Assembly: GCF_004010195.1 (NCBI RefSeq)
Contig: NC_057718.1
Coordinates: 49,749,239 to 49,813,238, forward strand
DNA from: Chiloscyllium plagiosum
Lineage: Eukaryota
Reading direction: 5' to 3'
Length of the DNA: 64,000 nucleotides
Position 1 is the stretch's first letter, and every line of letters begins with the position of its first letter. The position numbers and the translations under genes are program-made. Below the pieces are notes generated by a model that saw only the letters and a program-made list of their open reading frames with translations, had not been told where the DNA came from and did not search any database. Below are positions 1 through 12,677 of the stretch, one piece after another.

Positions 1-19
1 TGATACAATAGACATACAG

Positions 20-1075
20 TTATACAGAATAGAAACAGACCCTGCAATTCAACTCATCCATGCCAACCAGGTTTCACAAACCGAACAAGTCTAATTTGTC
101 TGTATTTGATACACATTTGACTTTCTAAACTTTTGCTATCCATGTACCTGTCCAAATGCCTTTTAAATGTTGCAATTGTATCTGCCTCTACCACTTCCTC
201 TAGCAGCTCATTCCCTACATGAACAACCCTCTGTGTGAAAATGTTGCCCCTCAGGTCCCTTTTAAATCTTTCCCCTCTCATCTTAAATCTAGGCCGTAGT
301 TTGGGACTCAATTACCCTGGCTATTCACCTTATCTATGTCCCACATGATTTTATAAACCTCTATAGGGACACCCCTCAGTCATCAAGGCTCCAGGGAAAA
401 CAAGTCCCAGCTGATCCAACCTCTACCTATAACTCAAACCCTTCATTCTAGCAACATCCTTGTAATTTGTTTCTGTACCCTTTCAAGTTTAACAACAAAC
501 TTCCCAGAATTATATGTGGTATTCCAAAAGTAGTCTCAACAATGTCTTGTACAGCCGCAATATGATGTCTCAACTCCAACACTCAATGCTCCTACCAATG
601 AAGGAGGAGTTGAGAGGGTAGTGCTGGAAAAGGACAGCAGGTCAGGCAGCATCCGAGGAGCAGGAGAATTGAAGGGCTTATACCTGAAACATTGTATCTG
701 CTCCTCAGTTGCTGCCTTTGCATTTCCACCACCACACCCTCGACTCTTACCAATGAAGGCAAGCATGCCATAGGTTTGCTTCACCACCCTGTCTATCTGT
801 GACTCCACTTTCAAGGAGCTCTGAACCTGCACTCTTAGGTCCCTCTGTTCAACAACATTCCCCAGCGTCCTACCATTAGCTGTGAGTCCTGCCCTGATTT
901 GCCTTACCAAAATGCAACACCTTCACATTTATCTCAATTAAATCCCATCTGCTACTTCTCAAACTATTGGCCCACCTGATCAAGATCCTGTTGTACACTT
1001 TGATAATCTTCTTCACAGTCCACTATATCACCGATTTTGGTGTCGTTTGCAAACTTACTAACGACACTTCCTATA
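20..1075 (-). mobile_element. CR1/HER1-like LINE 3' part, decayed
   Basis: Minus ORF fragments (RGERFKRDLRGNIFTQRVV..., EQRDLRVQVQSSLKVESQIDRVVK) are typical CR1 ORF2 C-terminus. Confidence 0.85.
605..747. mobile_element. Short PLE-derived fold-back element inserted in CR1
   Basis: gcaggtcaggcagcatc arm with a partial inverted arm. TSD taccaatgaagg at 593-604 and 748-759. Confidence 0.75.
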
Positions 1076-4000
1076 TTATCATGACCTGATACACAATCTT
1101 AGCTCCCTGAACTGCTAATCTCTAGGCTGCTGTAATTGCAAAAACAACGGAGTTGAGATCAATGACAGCAATACAGAGGATATACCTGATGCCCTCCGTG
1201 GGGAAGGTTATTGCAATTGTCCTCAAAGTTTGGGGTTACAAGATCAGAGGTAGCAATGGCTTTTGTGTACCTCTGCCTTCTCCCCTTCAGGCCACACTTC
1301 CTTTACATTTTTCTGCGACTGTGTGGAAGGACCTTGCAGGTGGCCATGCAGCTTAGAGTGAACATTGTCCCACTTGATCTCACAGATCTCTCCACTTGCC
1401 ACCAATCACCCCCCACCCAGTCCTCACATTACGTTGGGGATTGTGACAATTTGCAAGCCCAAAACTGGGATTAAAGCGGAGAAAAAGTTTGGGAACCACA
1501 CTCTCTGAAATTATCCTGCAAACTTGATTTGTTTTACCTCTTTCTGTTTTTGCACCCCCAACTGTACCCTTCATTGCCCCTCCTGGTTCTCTCCACAAAA
1601 TGGAGCATTTTGTATTTCTCCCAATTCAATTTAATTTGCCAGTTGTCTGGTTGCTAATTTCCCCTGTCCTTTTAATACCATTGATCAAAATATGCTCCCA
1701 GGTTTTGCAAAATTCTGAATCTGGGTCCTGGGGGAGGGGATATTGGGTTGAACTGTGCAACAGATTAATGAATACAAGTGCTATATTCGTACATAAAATC
1801 ATATCAAGTCTACACCTCACCATATGGTCAGCTTGCTGCCACCATCCACTTTACGTGTAGAAACCCATACAGAGCCTGATTAGCCAAGTGTGTTGAGGAA
1901 ACTCACTTCCTGGTCTAACTAGAAGAGATGGTTGTACTGAACAAGAGGTAGTTCATTGCATGTTAGTAATTAGTTACAAATTTCTTTGATATAATAATGG
2001 ACCTTGCTACAGTTACTTCAGAGTAAGAACCTGATGTTACATTTCACTCAATCATGATCCTCAGCTGTTTTTCCACCAAGTCCAAATGATATCTTCATAG
2101 TTGGTTGGGCTTAAGGCACTCATAATCATTAATCCTTTCAGAACCTTACACCAATATGTAACACCATAGATTGCATGCACATTGTTCGAAGATGCCACAC
2201 CTTTACTCTGTAATTCACTGTACCAACTGCATTTAAACCACTATGATAAAGCAGAGGGTGGCTATTAGGTGACCAGGACTATCAATTGATCACACGGCTC
2301 ATAGCTCGAGTGCACAATTCACATTCACTAGCATTACAAAATAAGAGATAGAAACAGGAGACAATCATTGAAACCCTTTGAGCTTAGTCCAACATTTAAT
2401 AAGTTAACTGCTAATCTTCTGCCTCAATTCCTTTTGCCTGCCTTGCTGCCATAAACCTTGATTCAATTAGTTTCAAAAACCGGTCTCACACTGCACTGGA
2501 TCTCAGCAACTGAGCATCCACAGTTCTTTGCAATAAAGAACTCTTAAAGTTTCACAACCTTTTCAGTGAAGAAATTTCTCCTTCTCTCAATCCTAAAGGA
2601 GCACTCCATTATTCTGAGGTTGTGCTGTCTGGTTCAATTCTCCGTATTGGTCAAGCACATTCTTTTTTTGAAGTTCTAGTGTGGACTTAATCTGCTAACT
2701 TTCATATTGTAAGAAAATCCCCTCATTTAAACAGCCAGTCCAGTGTACCTCTGTTTCGCTCGCTCTCAGCCAGGTACATTCTTCCTTAGATAAAAGGAAC
2801 TAAACTGTATAGTACACCAGGTGAAAGTGAGGACTGCAGATGCTGGAGATCAGAGTCATGATTAGAGCAGTGCTGGAAAAGTACAGCAGGTCAGGCAGCA
2901 TCCGAGGAGCAGTTGTAAAAATAATGTGTAGTCTTTTGTTTCATCACTTTACATTTAAAAATAATATGACTTTTTAAATTGTTTATTATATTTATTATTC
3001 AGAACTGCCCCGTCAGCTAATCCATTCCATTATTTCAGTTTAGGAAGTCACTGAAGTCTTGGTTAAAGCTGAATAAGTAAAAGAGTTGCTCCAAAGGGAA
3101 GTACAATAAGGACTGTTTAAAAACAAATCATCAGTGTGTAAGGAGTTTAATTTAAAAGCTCCAGAACATAAGTGTTTGGTTAAAACCTGAGAAGGTTATT
3201 TGAAGCTAAGAAAATCTCAGCTCAGTTATATGATGAATCAAGATGAGGCTTTCAGATTCACAATCACAACTAAGTCAAACACAAATTGTGATATAGAAGG
3301 TAATTCTCTCTGGTGTGAATACTGTAAAGCAGTGTTTTTGGAATTGGTAAGATTATAATTTACCATGTGTTTTTAAATATGCAAGTTCATGTCTTATCTA
3401 ACTAATTTAGTTTATTCTATGTGATTGCCATTTCTTTGGCACAGAAATTCTCTAAACCTAAATCTGCAGCATTTCATGCTTGTGTTTCAGTAAAAGATAA
3501 ACTTGTTCAAACAAAGAAAAATCTATCAAGCCAGCTTTCAGTCTGGGATCTAACTTTTCCAGAAATAACATCAACAGTGATCATAACAATGTCATCTAAA
3601 GCTTTGCTGCTTGTGTCCTAATTTACACCAGATTCTGTTCACCCATTCCCACTGTAATGATTACACCGCAATAGTACTTGAGAAGCAACTCAAGAAGCAA
3701 CACATTTTTAAAAGTTCACAGCTTTTGTTCTAACCCAGCCTTCATGACCTTGATCATTAATTTGATTCAGCCATTAATAGATGTGCCGTCAATTATTTGG
3801 GACTAGATTTTGGAATTTCCTGAAAATGCCTCTCTGCTTTTCTGCCGCATGTTCTTTCTTAAAACAAAACCTTTAAAGTCTCTTTTTGGCCATCTCTTCC
3901 AATATCACCGATCAAGCGATGTGGCCTAGTGTTATTCTTTTCTTTAGAAAACTTCTGAGAAATACTTTGAGACTTTTATGAAATTAAATGTGCTCGATCA

Positions 4001-4176
4001 ATATAGCTGTTGTGGTTGTTGACACCCAGTTCCCTCCGAATACTAAAATTTCCAAGTCCTTCCATTTAAAAATATCACACATAGTCTAAAAATAGAATTT
4101 CTGAGACCAGTATTTTCACTGAAAAATTAAGGGGTTAATTTTTATATAGTCAGTGGTTTCAGAAAACTCTGTTCAA

Positions 4177-4510
4177 GGGCAGCACAGTGGCTCAGCAGTT
4201 AGCACAGGTCCGGTTCCAGCCTCAGGCGACTGTTTGTGTGGAGTTTGCACATTCTCCCAGTGTCTGCGTGGATTTCCTCCGGGTGCTCTGGTTTCCTCCC
4301 ATAATCCGAAGATGTGCAGGTCAGGTGAAGTGGCTATGCTAAATTGCTTATAATGTTCAGGGATGTGTAGGTTAGATGCATTAGGCAGGGGTAAAAGTAG
4401 AGTAACAGTGTCGGGGGAAATCAGTCTGGGTGGGATACACTTTGGAAGGTCAGTGTGGGCTTGTTGAGCCGAAGGGCCTGTTTCCATGCTGTAGGGATTC
4501 TATGATTCTA
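4177..4510 (+). mobile_element. HE1/V-SINE-like tRNA-derived SINE
   Basis: gggcagcacagtggctcag head, gtgtggagtttgcacattctcc central domain, HER1-like tail with short tandem repeat. Confidence 0.85.
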
Positions 4511-7031
4511 ACCAACCCTGCACTCACAATATGTAGCTCAGAAGTGATCTCTCCTCCCCAAGCAGGCTGAGATTTGATGATTGAAGGCACAAAACCCAAG
4601 TGATCACTTATGCAATGTTCACGTGCGAAATTTACCTCTGCATCATAATTTTCTGTTCATTATTTATCATTCTTTTTCCATTTCTTGATCATTATTATGT
4701 CTAAATTTGTTCCAATCCTTCATCTCTATAATAACTTCATAAACATCTAGGTTTAATTATGTCAGGTCAAGGCATATAGACAATGATTTAATATTCATAA
4801 TCTCATGAAGTCTGGCATTTATAATATGCGGTTGGGGGATTAAGTTTTATGCATGTGTTTTGATTTAGGTTGAAGTGGAGGTATGAATGGAATCGTGTAA
4901 CTTGTTCTGAGGTGCACTGACAGCAAAGGTGGGTAGCTTGGTTGTTAAAGATTAAAATGAATGTAAATAGTCTCACTGTAAGAACCTGCAATATGTTTGC
5001 ACTTGAAGATAATGGCAGAAGAATCTGAGCTGAAAACGGACAGACAGTTAGTCTCCAAATTACCAAGATGATGTTAAAAATGTGAGGCTGCAAATGGTTA
5101 TATTTTAAAATTTAAAGTTAGGATATAAAATACAGTTGGTGCCGAAAGGATAACTGATCAGCATTTCTGTCTGGATACAAAGCCCATGTGATTCATGCTG
5201 TCATTACCTTTGAGAGTAGCTGGGACATAGGATACAATAGTAAGATTATAAGGTTCTGCTAAAAGGTCCCCGAATTCCACAGACAGGGAAATCTGCAACA
5301 ATGTAATACAGGAAGAGATAGTATGCAGAGGCACCAGATCTCTACGGCTCACCACAGAGAAATTTGGGTGGGAGTTTGTGTTCAGACTAAAAAGACCAAA
5401 ATTATAAGGATTTAAAATGAGGCGAGAAGCTTCATCCTGTTTCAGTGAAAGGGAGAATCTGCTGGAAAACTGTCACCATGGCAGACAATTATTGGATCCA
5501 CCAGAAACTTGGAGGTGAAAGAAATGAACGTAAAACCTCAGGAGCTAAGGATTACTTTGGAAGGGTTCAGGAGAAATAAATGTCAACTTATGCTCAGTAT
5601 AAAGTGTAAACATTGAGAAAGACTTACGATTGTGTTAAGCGTAAACGATTAAGTTTACTTTTCTTGCTGAAACTACATGTTGTCTGCAAAGGTAATATTT
5701 AAGCAATGCTGTTTTAGTTTGTTTTTCAGTAAATGCTATGAATCTCAAAATCTTGTTCAAAGTTAGATAATGAGAATGCAGATTTTTAAAAAGAATTATT
5801 GGTCTCGACAGAGATCATAACAAATGTCAAAATATGGTCTGTTTGCAAAACTGGAAATAAAAAGCCACACTGTCTTTAAATTGCCTATTGATTTTCTTCT
5901 GTTCTAGTTAAGGTACAGCACAGTTAAGTATGTGAGCTTTTCACCTCTGATTTTACCGTGTATCATCTTACACTGGTAATGAGAAGATAACAATATCTGA
6001 AACTCAGAAGTGTGCAAGACAACAGTTTTGATTCAATCTAAAATGCAGACATGTTTCATTTTCCCCTAACCCTGGATTACCCTGTGACAGAAGGTAGTTT
6101 GATAAATTTTGGGGCATAGCCTATTTTAAAGCACAATTACAGCTAGAGCTATTAGTCCTTACAGTAATGCAAGCTCTGGCTGTTGCACAGTTAAAATTAA
6201 TGTGTTTGATTCTATTCCTGGAGTGTTGCAATCAAAATGGAAGCCAAATTGCCTTCATTTATCTTTCAGGTATCAATGAAACTACTTAGGCAAGCTAACT
6301 ATTCATCTTATAAACATTTTTGTTCAGTCCTAAGGGACAGCAACAATGGCAGTGATGGTGTGGCTGAATTATTACCCGATTTTATTTCATCCAAGAGATT
6401 AAACTGGCTAAAAGAATCTTGCTTGGCCCTCTTACAAAATGAATTAACTGAATGGACTGACAAAGTTTATTCCATGTCCTCAGAAGAAAGCACTGTGGAA
6501 TGAGTCAATGGAAACTGTCATGTTAAATACATACATGTCAGTATACCCAAGGTACACCATCAGAAATTTCGAAAACCTGAAACCTACAATGAATTTGAAA
6601 GAAAGTTTTCAATTACTGGATAATAATTCTAAAATCAGATCCCTCTTATGAAAACTTGCAGAAAATAATTTTCTTGGAGGAATTTAATAATGGCACACTA
6701 TTTAATCAAGGATCCTGAATTGAGGTACAAACGGTTACAAGAATCAGAATCACTGCTATCATGAGGATTGTGAATATGAAGCAGATTCTTTAATCAAGGA
6801 AGTCTTTTCTCTAAATACTTCCAGAGGTCAGAGGTCAGAGAAGAACAGAAAATCAGAGAACAATAGGAACTGGGGGATACAGAAAGTGAACATGAGAGGA
6901 AAAAATAAACAAATATGAAGGAGAATGGAATAAAATGGACAAACCACTCTCCAACTTTACAAAGTTGAATTCAGGACTTAAGGGTTTGATCAACTTGCTT
7001 GAACATGTGAAAACAGACTGTTGAATATAAA

Positions 7032-7236
7032 AGGTGAAAGTGAGGACTGCAGATGCTGGAGATTAGAGTTGAGAATGTGGTGCTGGAAAGGCACAGCAGG
7101 TCAGGCAGCATCTGAGGAGCAGGAGAGTCGACATTTTGGGCAAAAGCCCTTCATCAGGAAATTTTGCCTCAAATATCGACTCTCTTTCTCCTCAGATGCT
7201 GCCTGACCTGCTGCGCTTTTCCAGCACCACACCCTC
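7032..7236. mobile_element. PLE-derived fold-back element with decayed hammerhead
   Basis: Inverted arms caggtcaggcagcatc / gatgctgcctgacctg. Near-TSD gactgtt..atataaa on both sides. Confidence 0.8.
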
Positions 7237-8228
7237 GACTGTTAGATATAAATACCAACAGGGGACTCTGTTGTTAAAACTATGACTGTGCCCATGGAAG
7301 CTTGTAAGTTTATGTTCAAATAGAACAATCACAGACCAGAATTTTTTTTTGGAAGATTTTTTTTGTTTATAGGGAAAATGACATCTAGATTTTCTAAGAA
7401 ACCAAAAAAAAAGGTATTCTCAGAGTTAATAGCTTCTTAAAAATTTTCCTTTTGGAAGAAGATGGGCATATTTCACCTAAAAGTCCAGTGGTCACCAGAT
7501 TGCTGGTTGCTGGAGGATGTTTAGAGGTTATTTTAGTTAAGATATACTTGCAGAGTAAGTTACTCACAGGTCTCACAATCGGTGGGGAAATTCCAAGTTG
7601 ACCCATGTGGATTTTTTAAAATGGATAATGATATAGCCGGATGTAAGACAGGAACAGCTCATAGAGACTATAGGGACCAGAAAGGTTAACGAAAAAAAAG
7701 AATTCTGCAGAGGTTCACAGAATTGATTAAACTTCTGGAAGAATTCAACAGTTGGAGACAACATCATTAGATTTTATATGGGCTGAGAGAGGAACAGAAA
7801 CAGGGAAAACAGCTAAAATGGAAACCACAGTGACAGAAATGCAGTAGAAGTGCTGTTAGCTGACAATTTCTCCAAAGATTTAAATGGGGACAAGGAATGT
7901 TCTCCTGCTAATAGGGAGCAATCAAAGTTTGCAGAATAGTCACAAGAGATAGGAGTTCCACGCTCCATCATGCCTTAAAGTTATAAGAAATCATATGCAG
8001 AATTTTCTTAAAGCTCTTAACAATGTGGGTATTGGTGGGATATGTGGAATATTCATGCAAGAAATCAAATGAGGCCTTTCTTGATGTCGAAGCAACAAGT
8101 CATATTTTCCAATTAAATGTTGGATTTCTCACCAGTGAGCGGCGTGAGGTCTACCTTCCTAATAACTTAATATCTCCTCATGAATATGCACTCCTCTGTG
8201 CAGCCACCCTTTGAATAGGAACTCATTG

Positions 8229-8374
8229 GAGAAAGTGAGGACTGCAGATGCTGGAGATCAGACCTGAAAATGTCCTGAAGGAGTCCTGAAGAAGGGCTCA
8301 TGCCCGAAACGCCGATTCTCCTTCTCCTTGGATGCTGCCTGACCTGCTGCGCTTTTCCAGCGACACATTTTCAG
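8229..8374 (+). mobile_element. PLE-derived short element with hammerhead-like core
   Basis: 14-bp TSD ataggaactcattg at 8215-8228 and 8375-8388. CTGAAGA-AGGG..CCC-GAAAC at 8286-8310. Confidence 0.85.
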
Positions 8375-9011
8375 ATAGGAACTCATTGCCAAGAATACCT
8401 GACGTGAAACTCCGAACAGGTACCCGTCTGTGGGTCCCCACGAGCACCACCCTATGAGGAAGGAACACCCAGAGTGAGTTCAACATCCCTTATCCCTTTG
8501 TTGGTGCTGAGCAGTGATGACGTGTAGATGTGTGAAGATCCAGCAGACTCAGACTGCTTTGGACTTGGCTCTCCACGGCAGCTGCCAACCCACCTGTAGA
8601 GGCAACCAGACAACAGGGTCTTAAATGTGTGGCTGTAGTCCTACAACCTTTACGTCAGGCTGCCCATTGCCCCTGACAAACCTGTCTCATGGTCCTGTAT
8701 CTGCTTATACATGTTGATAAAATCCTCCATTGGCAACGTCATTGGGCTCCTCCCCTGCCTGATCCTCCAAATGCCAGTGACCTACAGCATTTCTTCCTCA
8801 CCCAGTTGTGGAGATCTTGCAGTGATGTGCTCACCAACACGTGCTTCTGACACTAACCTAGGTTTTAAAAAAACCCACAAAGGTGTCAGTAACTGAGCTA
8901 GTGAGTGCTGCAGCATTGCTGGTTCCTCCCTCTGAGACATCAGAGCTCTTTTCTCCCTCAGAAGTGGAGGAGAACATAGCTGGTGGTGGGGGGAGGTATG
9001 GGGTCCTCTTG

Positions 9012-9505
9012 AGGAGAAAGTGAGGTCTGCAGATGCTGGAGATCAAAGTTGAAACTTTATTGCTGGAACAGCACAGCAGGTCAGGCAGCATCCAGGGAAC
9101 AGGAGATTCGACGTTTCGGGCACAGGCCCTTCTTCAGGAATGAGCAGAGAGTGTTCAGCAGGAGAAGATAAAAGGTAGGGAGGAGGGACTTGGAGGAGGG
9201 GCGTTGGAAATGTGATAGGTGGAAAGAGGTCAAGGTGAGGGTGATAGGTCGGAGTAGGATGGAGGCGGAGAGGTCAACAAGAAGACTGCAGGTCAGGAAG
9301 GCGGAGCCGGGCTGGAGGGATTCGGCTGAGACAAGGTGGGGGGAGGGGGGATGAAGAAACTGGTGAAGTCCAAGTTCATCCCCTGTGGTTGGAGGGTTCC
9401 CAGTCGGAAGATAAGACGCTCCTCCTCCGACCGTCACGTTGTTGTGGTTTGGCGGTGGATGAGTCCAATGACCTGCATATCCTCGGTGGAGTGGGAGGGG
9501 GAGTT
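9012..9505 (-). mobile_element. Penelope-like element 3' end (GIY-YIG tail + terminal repeat)
   Basis: Minus strand reads as the end of the endonuclease domain (...LIFRLGTLQPQGMN...) followed by the terminal repeat. Confidence 0.85.
9106..9141 (-). ncRNA. Minimal type-I hammerhead ribozyme motif (family A)
   Basis: Minus strand AUUC-CUGAAGA-AGGG CCUGUG CCC-GAA-ACGU-C-GAAU: intact core, stem I AUUC/GAAU, palindromic ACGU stem III, GUC cleavage triplet. Confidence 0.75.
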
Positions 9506-10914
9506 AATAATTAACCTCATTAACTGTAGCAACTACACTCTCCCCTCTGCTTTCAAAATCTTCCTCCAAAGCAAACCTTTTAAGCATGCCTTTGGCCAGC
9601 TCTCCAAAATCAGGCTTGGCATCTGTTTTACCACTCAAACTAAGATTTTACTCTTTAACATGTTTCATTAGGTTAGAGTTATTATAGGAATGGAAGTTGT
9701 ATTTGTTAATATATCACTGCAAGTATACTGTTGGCAAGTACTTCCATTTTCATTTCTTGTTTTGAATGTAACATCAATGACTGATTCATTTCTGAAGTTT
9801 GACCACGATAGAAGTGCTATTTCTTACTGAATTTCTCAATATTAACCTAGAGGGGGGAAATTGCGGTCCTTGAAGAAGGAGGCCATCTGTGTTGTACGTA
9901 TTGACCACAGACAACGTGGACCTCATGCTCATGTCTGCGGAAGACATAGGGAGAAGGTCCTAAAACTGAGAGAAGTGATGGCATGTTACCATTAAATGCA
10001 CAGGGTGAGGGTTGTGGAAAGTGGTCAGGGGGGTGGGGTAGATGATGGCATGTACTCTGGTGGAAAAGCGGTTATTGCATCTTTCTTCTGCACTGCTCAG
10101 TATTTCACCAGACCATGGGACTGTACTGACTCAGGGGCAACCTCAGACCAGGTTGGAAGGTGGCGTGACCTCCTCTTGGAAGAGGACGCGATTCCATTGT
10201 AACCACCCCATGCAACAGGACCTCTTGTCCCCATCTACAAAGCAGAGCATGGAATTCCCCTTTGCAGCCATATCATGGCATCCAACAATGCAGGGCAGCT
10301 CTGGATAGCTAGCGCCTGAATGGATGCATGGCAGCCCTTTTAAATATGGCACCCAGTGCCATGGATGCAGGAATCCTCTGGCTGTGTTGAGTATTTGCAG
10401 CAATGGCAAGTGGTAGAAACGAGCTAGCATTGGATGCGGTGGAAAAGTGCTATAAGGGGACAGTAGGTCATTAATGAGGTGAATTTGGGACAATTTCATG
10501 AGCAATTGCACTTATTAGGCCTTGGTGAGAAAAACCCTTCATGAAGCTCCATAAAAATGGCTCTTCACCAAAATATATTAAGATTCAGCCCTGTGAGACT
10601 TACTGTGGAAGTAAAAGATCTTCCAAAATCTAGAAGCAAACAGTGGTCAGCATAGAGGTCTTCACAGAACTCTTCCCAATCATAACACATCATACATTAA
10701 TCCAGCATTAACTGCCAACCCTGAGGGCAAATAGGACTGAGCAACAAAATGCTAACCTAGCCAGCAATGCCCACACCTCATTAAAACAAACCTTTGATAT
10801 AGTCTGATAAGGGAGATTGCTAACATAATGTCTCAACAAATAAGTGGCCAACGTTTCAAACTCTAAGAAAAATGTTGTTGATTTTTCAAAAGCTTAATCG
10901 TATTGTGTGTGCGT

Positions 10915-11565
10915 TGAGTCATACAGCATATAAACAGACCCTTCGGTCCAACTAGTCCATGCCAACTACGTTCCCAAACTAAACTAGTCACACTGGCCTA
11001 CTCCTGGCCCCTATCTCTCCAAACCTTTCCTATTCATGTACTTATCTAAATGGCTTTTAAACATTGTAACTGTCCATGCATCCACCGCTTCCTCTGGCAA
11101 TTCATTCCACACATAGAACATAGAACAATACAGCGCAGTACAGGCCCTTCGGCCCTCAATGTTGCGCCGATCCAAGCCCACCTAACCTACACTAGCCCAC
11201 TATCCTCCATATGCCTATCCAATGCCCGCTTAAATGCCCATAATGAGGGAGAGTCCACCACTGCTACTGGCAGGGCATTCCATGAACCACATGAACCAGT
11301 GTAAAAATGTTGCCCCTCAAGTTCTTTTTAAAACTTTCTCCTTGCATCTTAAAAATATATCCCCTAGTTTTGAACTCCCCTACCCTAGGGAAAAGACCCT
11401 TGCTATTCACTTTATGCTCTTCATGGTTTTATAAATTTCTATCAGGTCACCCTCAACCTCCTATGCTTCAGTGAAAGGTGTCCCAGCCTATTTTTGTAGC
11501 TCAAACCTTCCATTTCTAGCAACATCCTGGAAAGTCTTTTCTGAACCTTCTCCAATTTAATAATA
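10915..11565 (-). mobile_element. CR1/HER1 3' fragment with a nested second CR1-type tail (~11112-11290)
   Basis: Same 3' tail as the element at 20-500; absent from the duplicate copy. Confidence 0.8.
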
Positions 11566-12382
11566 TCTGAATGTTTCAACTTGAACACAGCAAGTGTTTC
11601 ACAATCTCAATATAGCTCAGACATTGAAATAATATCAAGGACTAATGACAATTGTTTAAATGCTTATGAATTAGGTTAATAATATCTGAACTGTTTAAAA
11701 TATAATTTATTACAAATTAGCCACAGTGCAGCAGGTGGAACAATTTGGCCAGTTTCAGCTCAATAACTTTTTGAATTTAAACAAATATACAATCAGTGAT
11801 AATATGAACACTCTCCAATTCCCCTTGAAAAAAATACTGAGAGCTGAACACATCAATTCTTTTATGCATTTGCAAAATAGAACTCTTCATAACAAAAAGC
11901 TAGTGCCAGAAACAAGCACCAATCTTACTGTAGGGCTGCCATCAAGTGGTCAATTGCGTTAATCATAAAACTTGATAAAAATGACTCTTTGCCAAAATAT
12001 AGCAAGATTCATCCCTGCATGACTTCTTGTGTTGGTTATCTTTCAAAAAGAGAAGGAAAGAATGGTCAGCCTGGGGGTGTTCCCAGATCTCTCCCCATCC
12101 ATAACACATCAGACATCAATCTAGCATTAACTGCCCATCTTGACAGCAAATAGGTTTCAACCACAAAACGCTAGCCTAGCCAGCGATGTCCACATCTCAG
12201 GAACAAACACATTTTTAAGAATCCTTTGATAGTCTGATAAGGGAGATTGCTAACATAACATTTCAACAAACGTCACAAAGTGGCTGAAGTTTCAAACACT
12301 AAGAAAAATGTAGTTGATTTTTCAGAAAACTAATCATATTGTGCGTGAGCTCTGAATGTTCCAACCTGAACAACAGCAAGTT

Positions 12383-12677
12383 GGGCGGCACGGTGGCTAG
12401 CACTGCTGCCTCACAGCACCTGAGACCCGGGTTCAATTCCCGCCTCAGGCGACTGACTGTGTGGAGTTTGCACGTTCTCCCCGTGTCTGCGTGGGTTTCC
12501 TCCGGGTGCTCCAGTTTCCTCCCACAGTCCAAAGATGTGCAGGTCAGGTGAATTGGCCACGCTAAATTGCCCGTAGTGTTAGGTAAGAGGTTAATGTAGG
12601 GGTATGGGTGGGTTGCGCTTCGGCGGGTCGGTGTGGACTTGTTTCCACACTAAGTAATCTAATCTAATCTAATCTAA
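12383..12677 (+). mobile_element. HE1-like SINE, young (CpG retained)
   Basis: tRNA-like head with ggttcaattcc box B, V-SINE-like core, (aatct)n tail. Confidence 0.9.

Noticed and set aside
1626..1823. Short minus ORF with a signal-peptide-like start (possible neighbour gene such as HHIPL2)
   Set aside because: No recognisable HHIPL2 motif (HPQCLD...) and no convincing splice structure.
2914..5822. Possible old LTR-like repeats ending gatcataaca (~3588, ~5822; reverse at ~62529)
   Set aside because: 5' ends and TSDs could not be defined by eye.
12383..12450. tRNA-like sequence
   Set aside because: It is the head of an HE1-like SINE, not a full cloverleaf tRNA gene; the same applies at 42240 and 53650.
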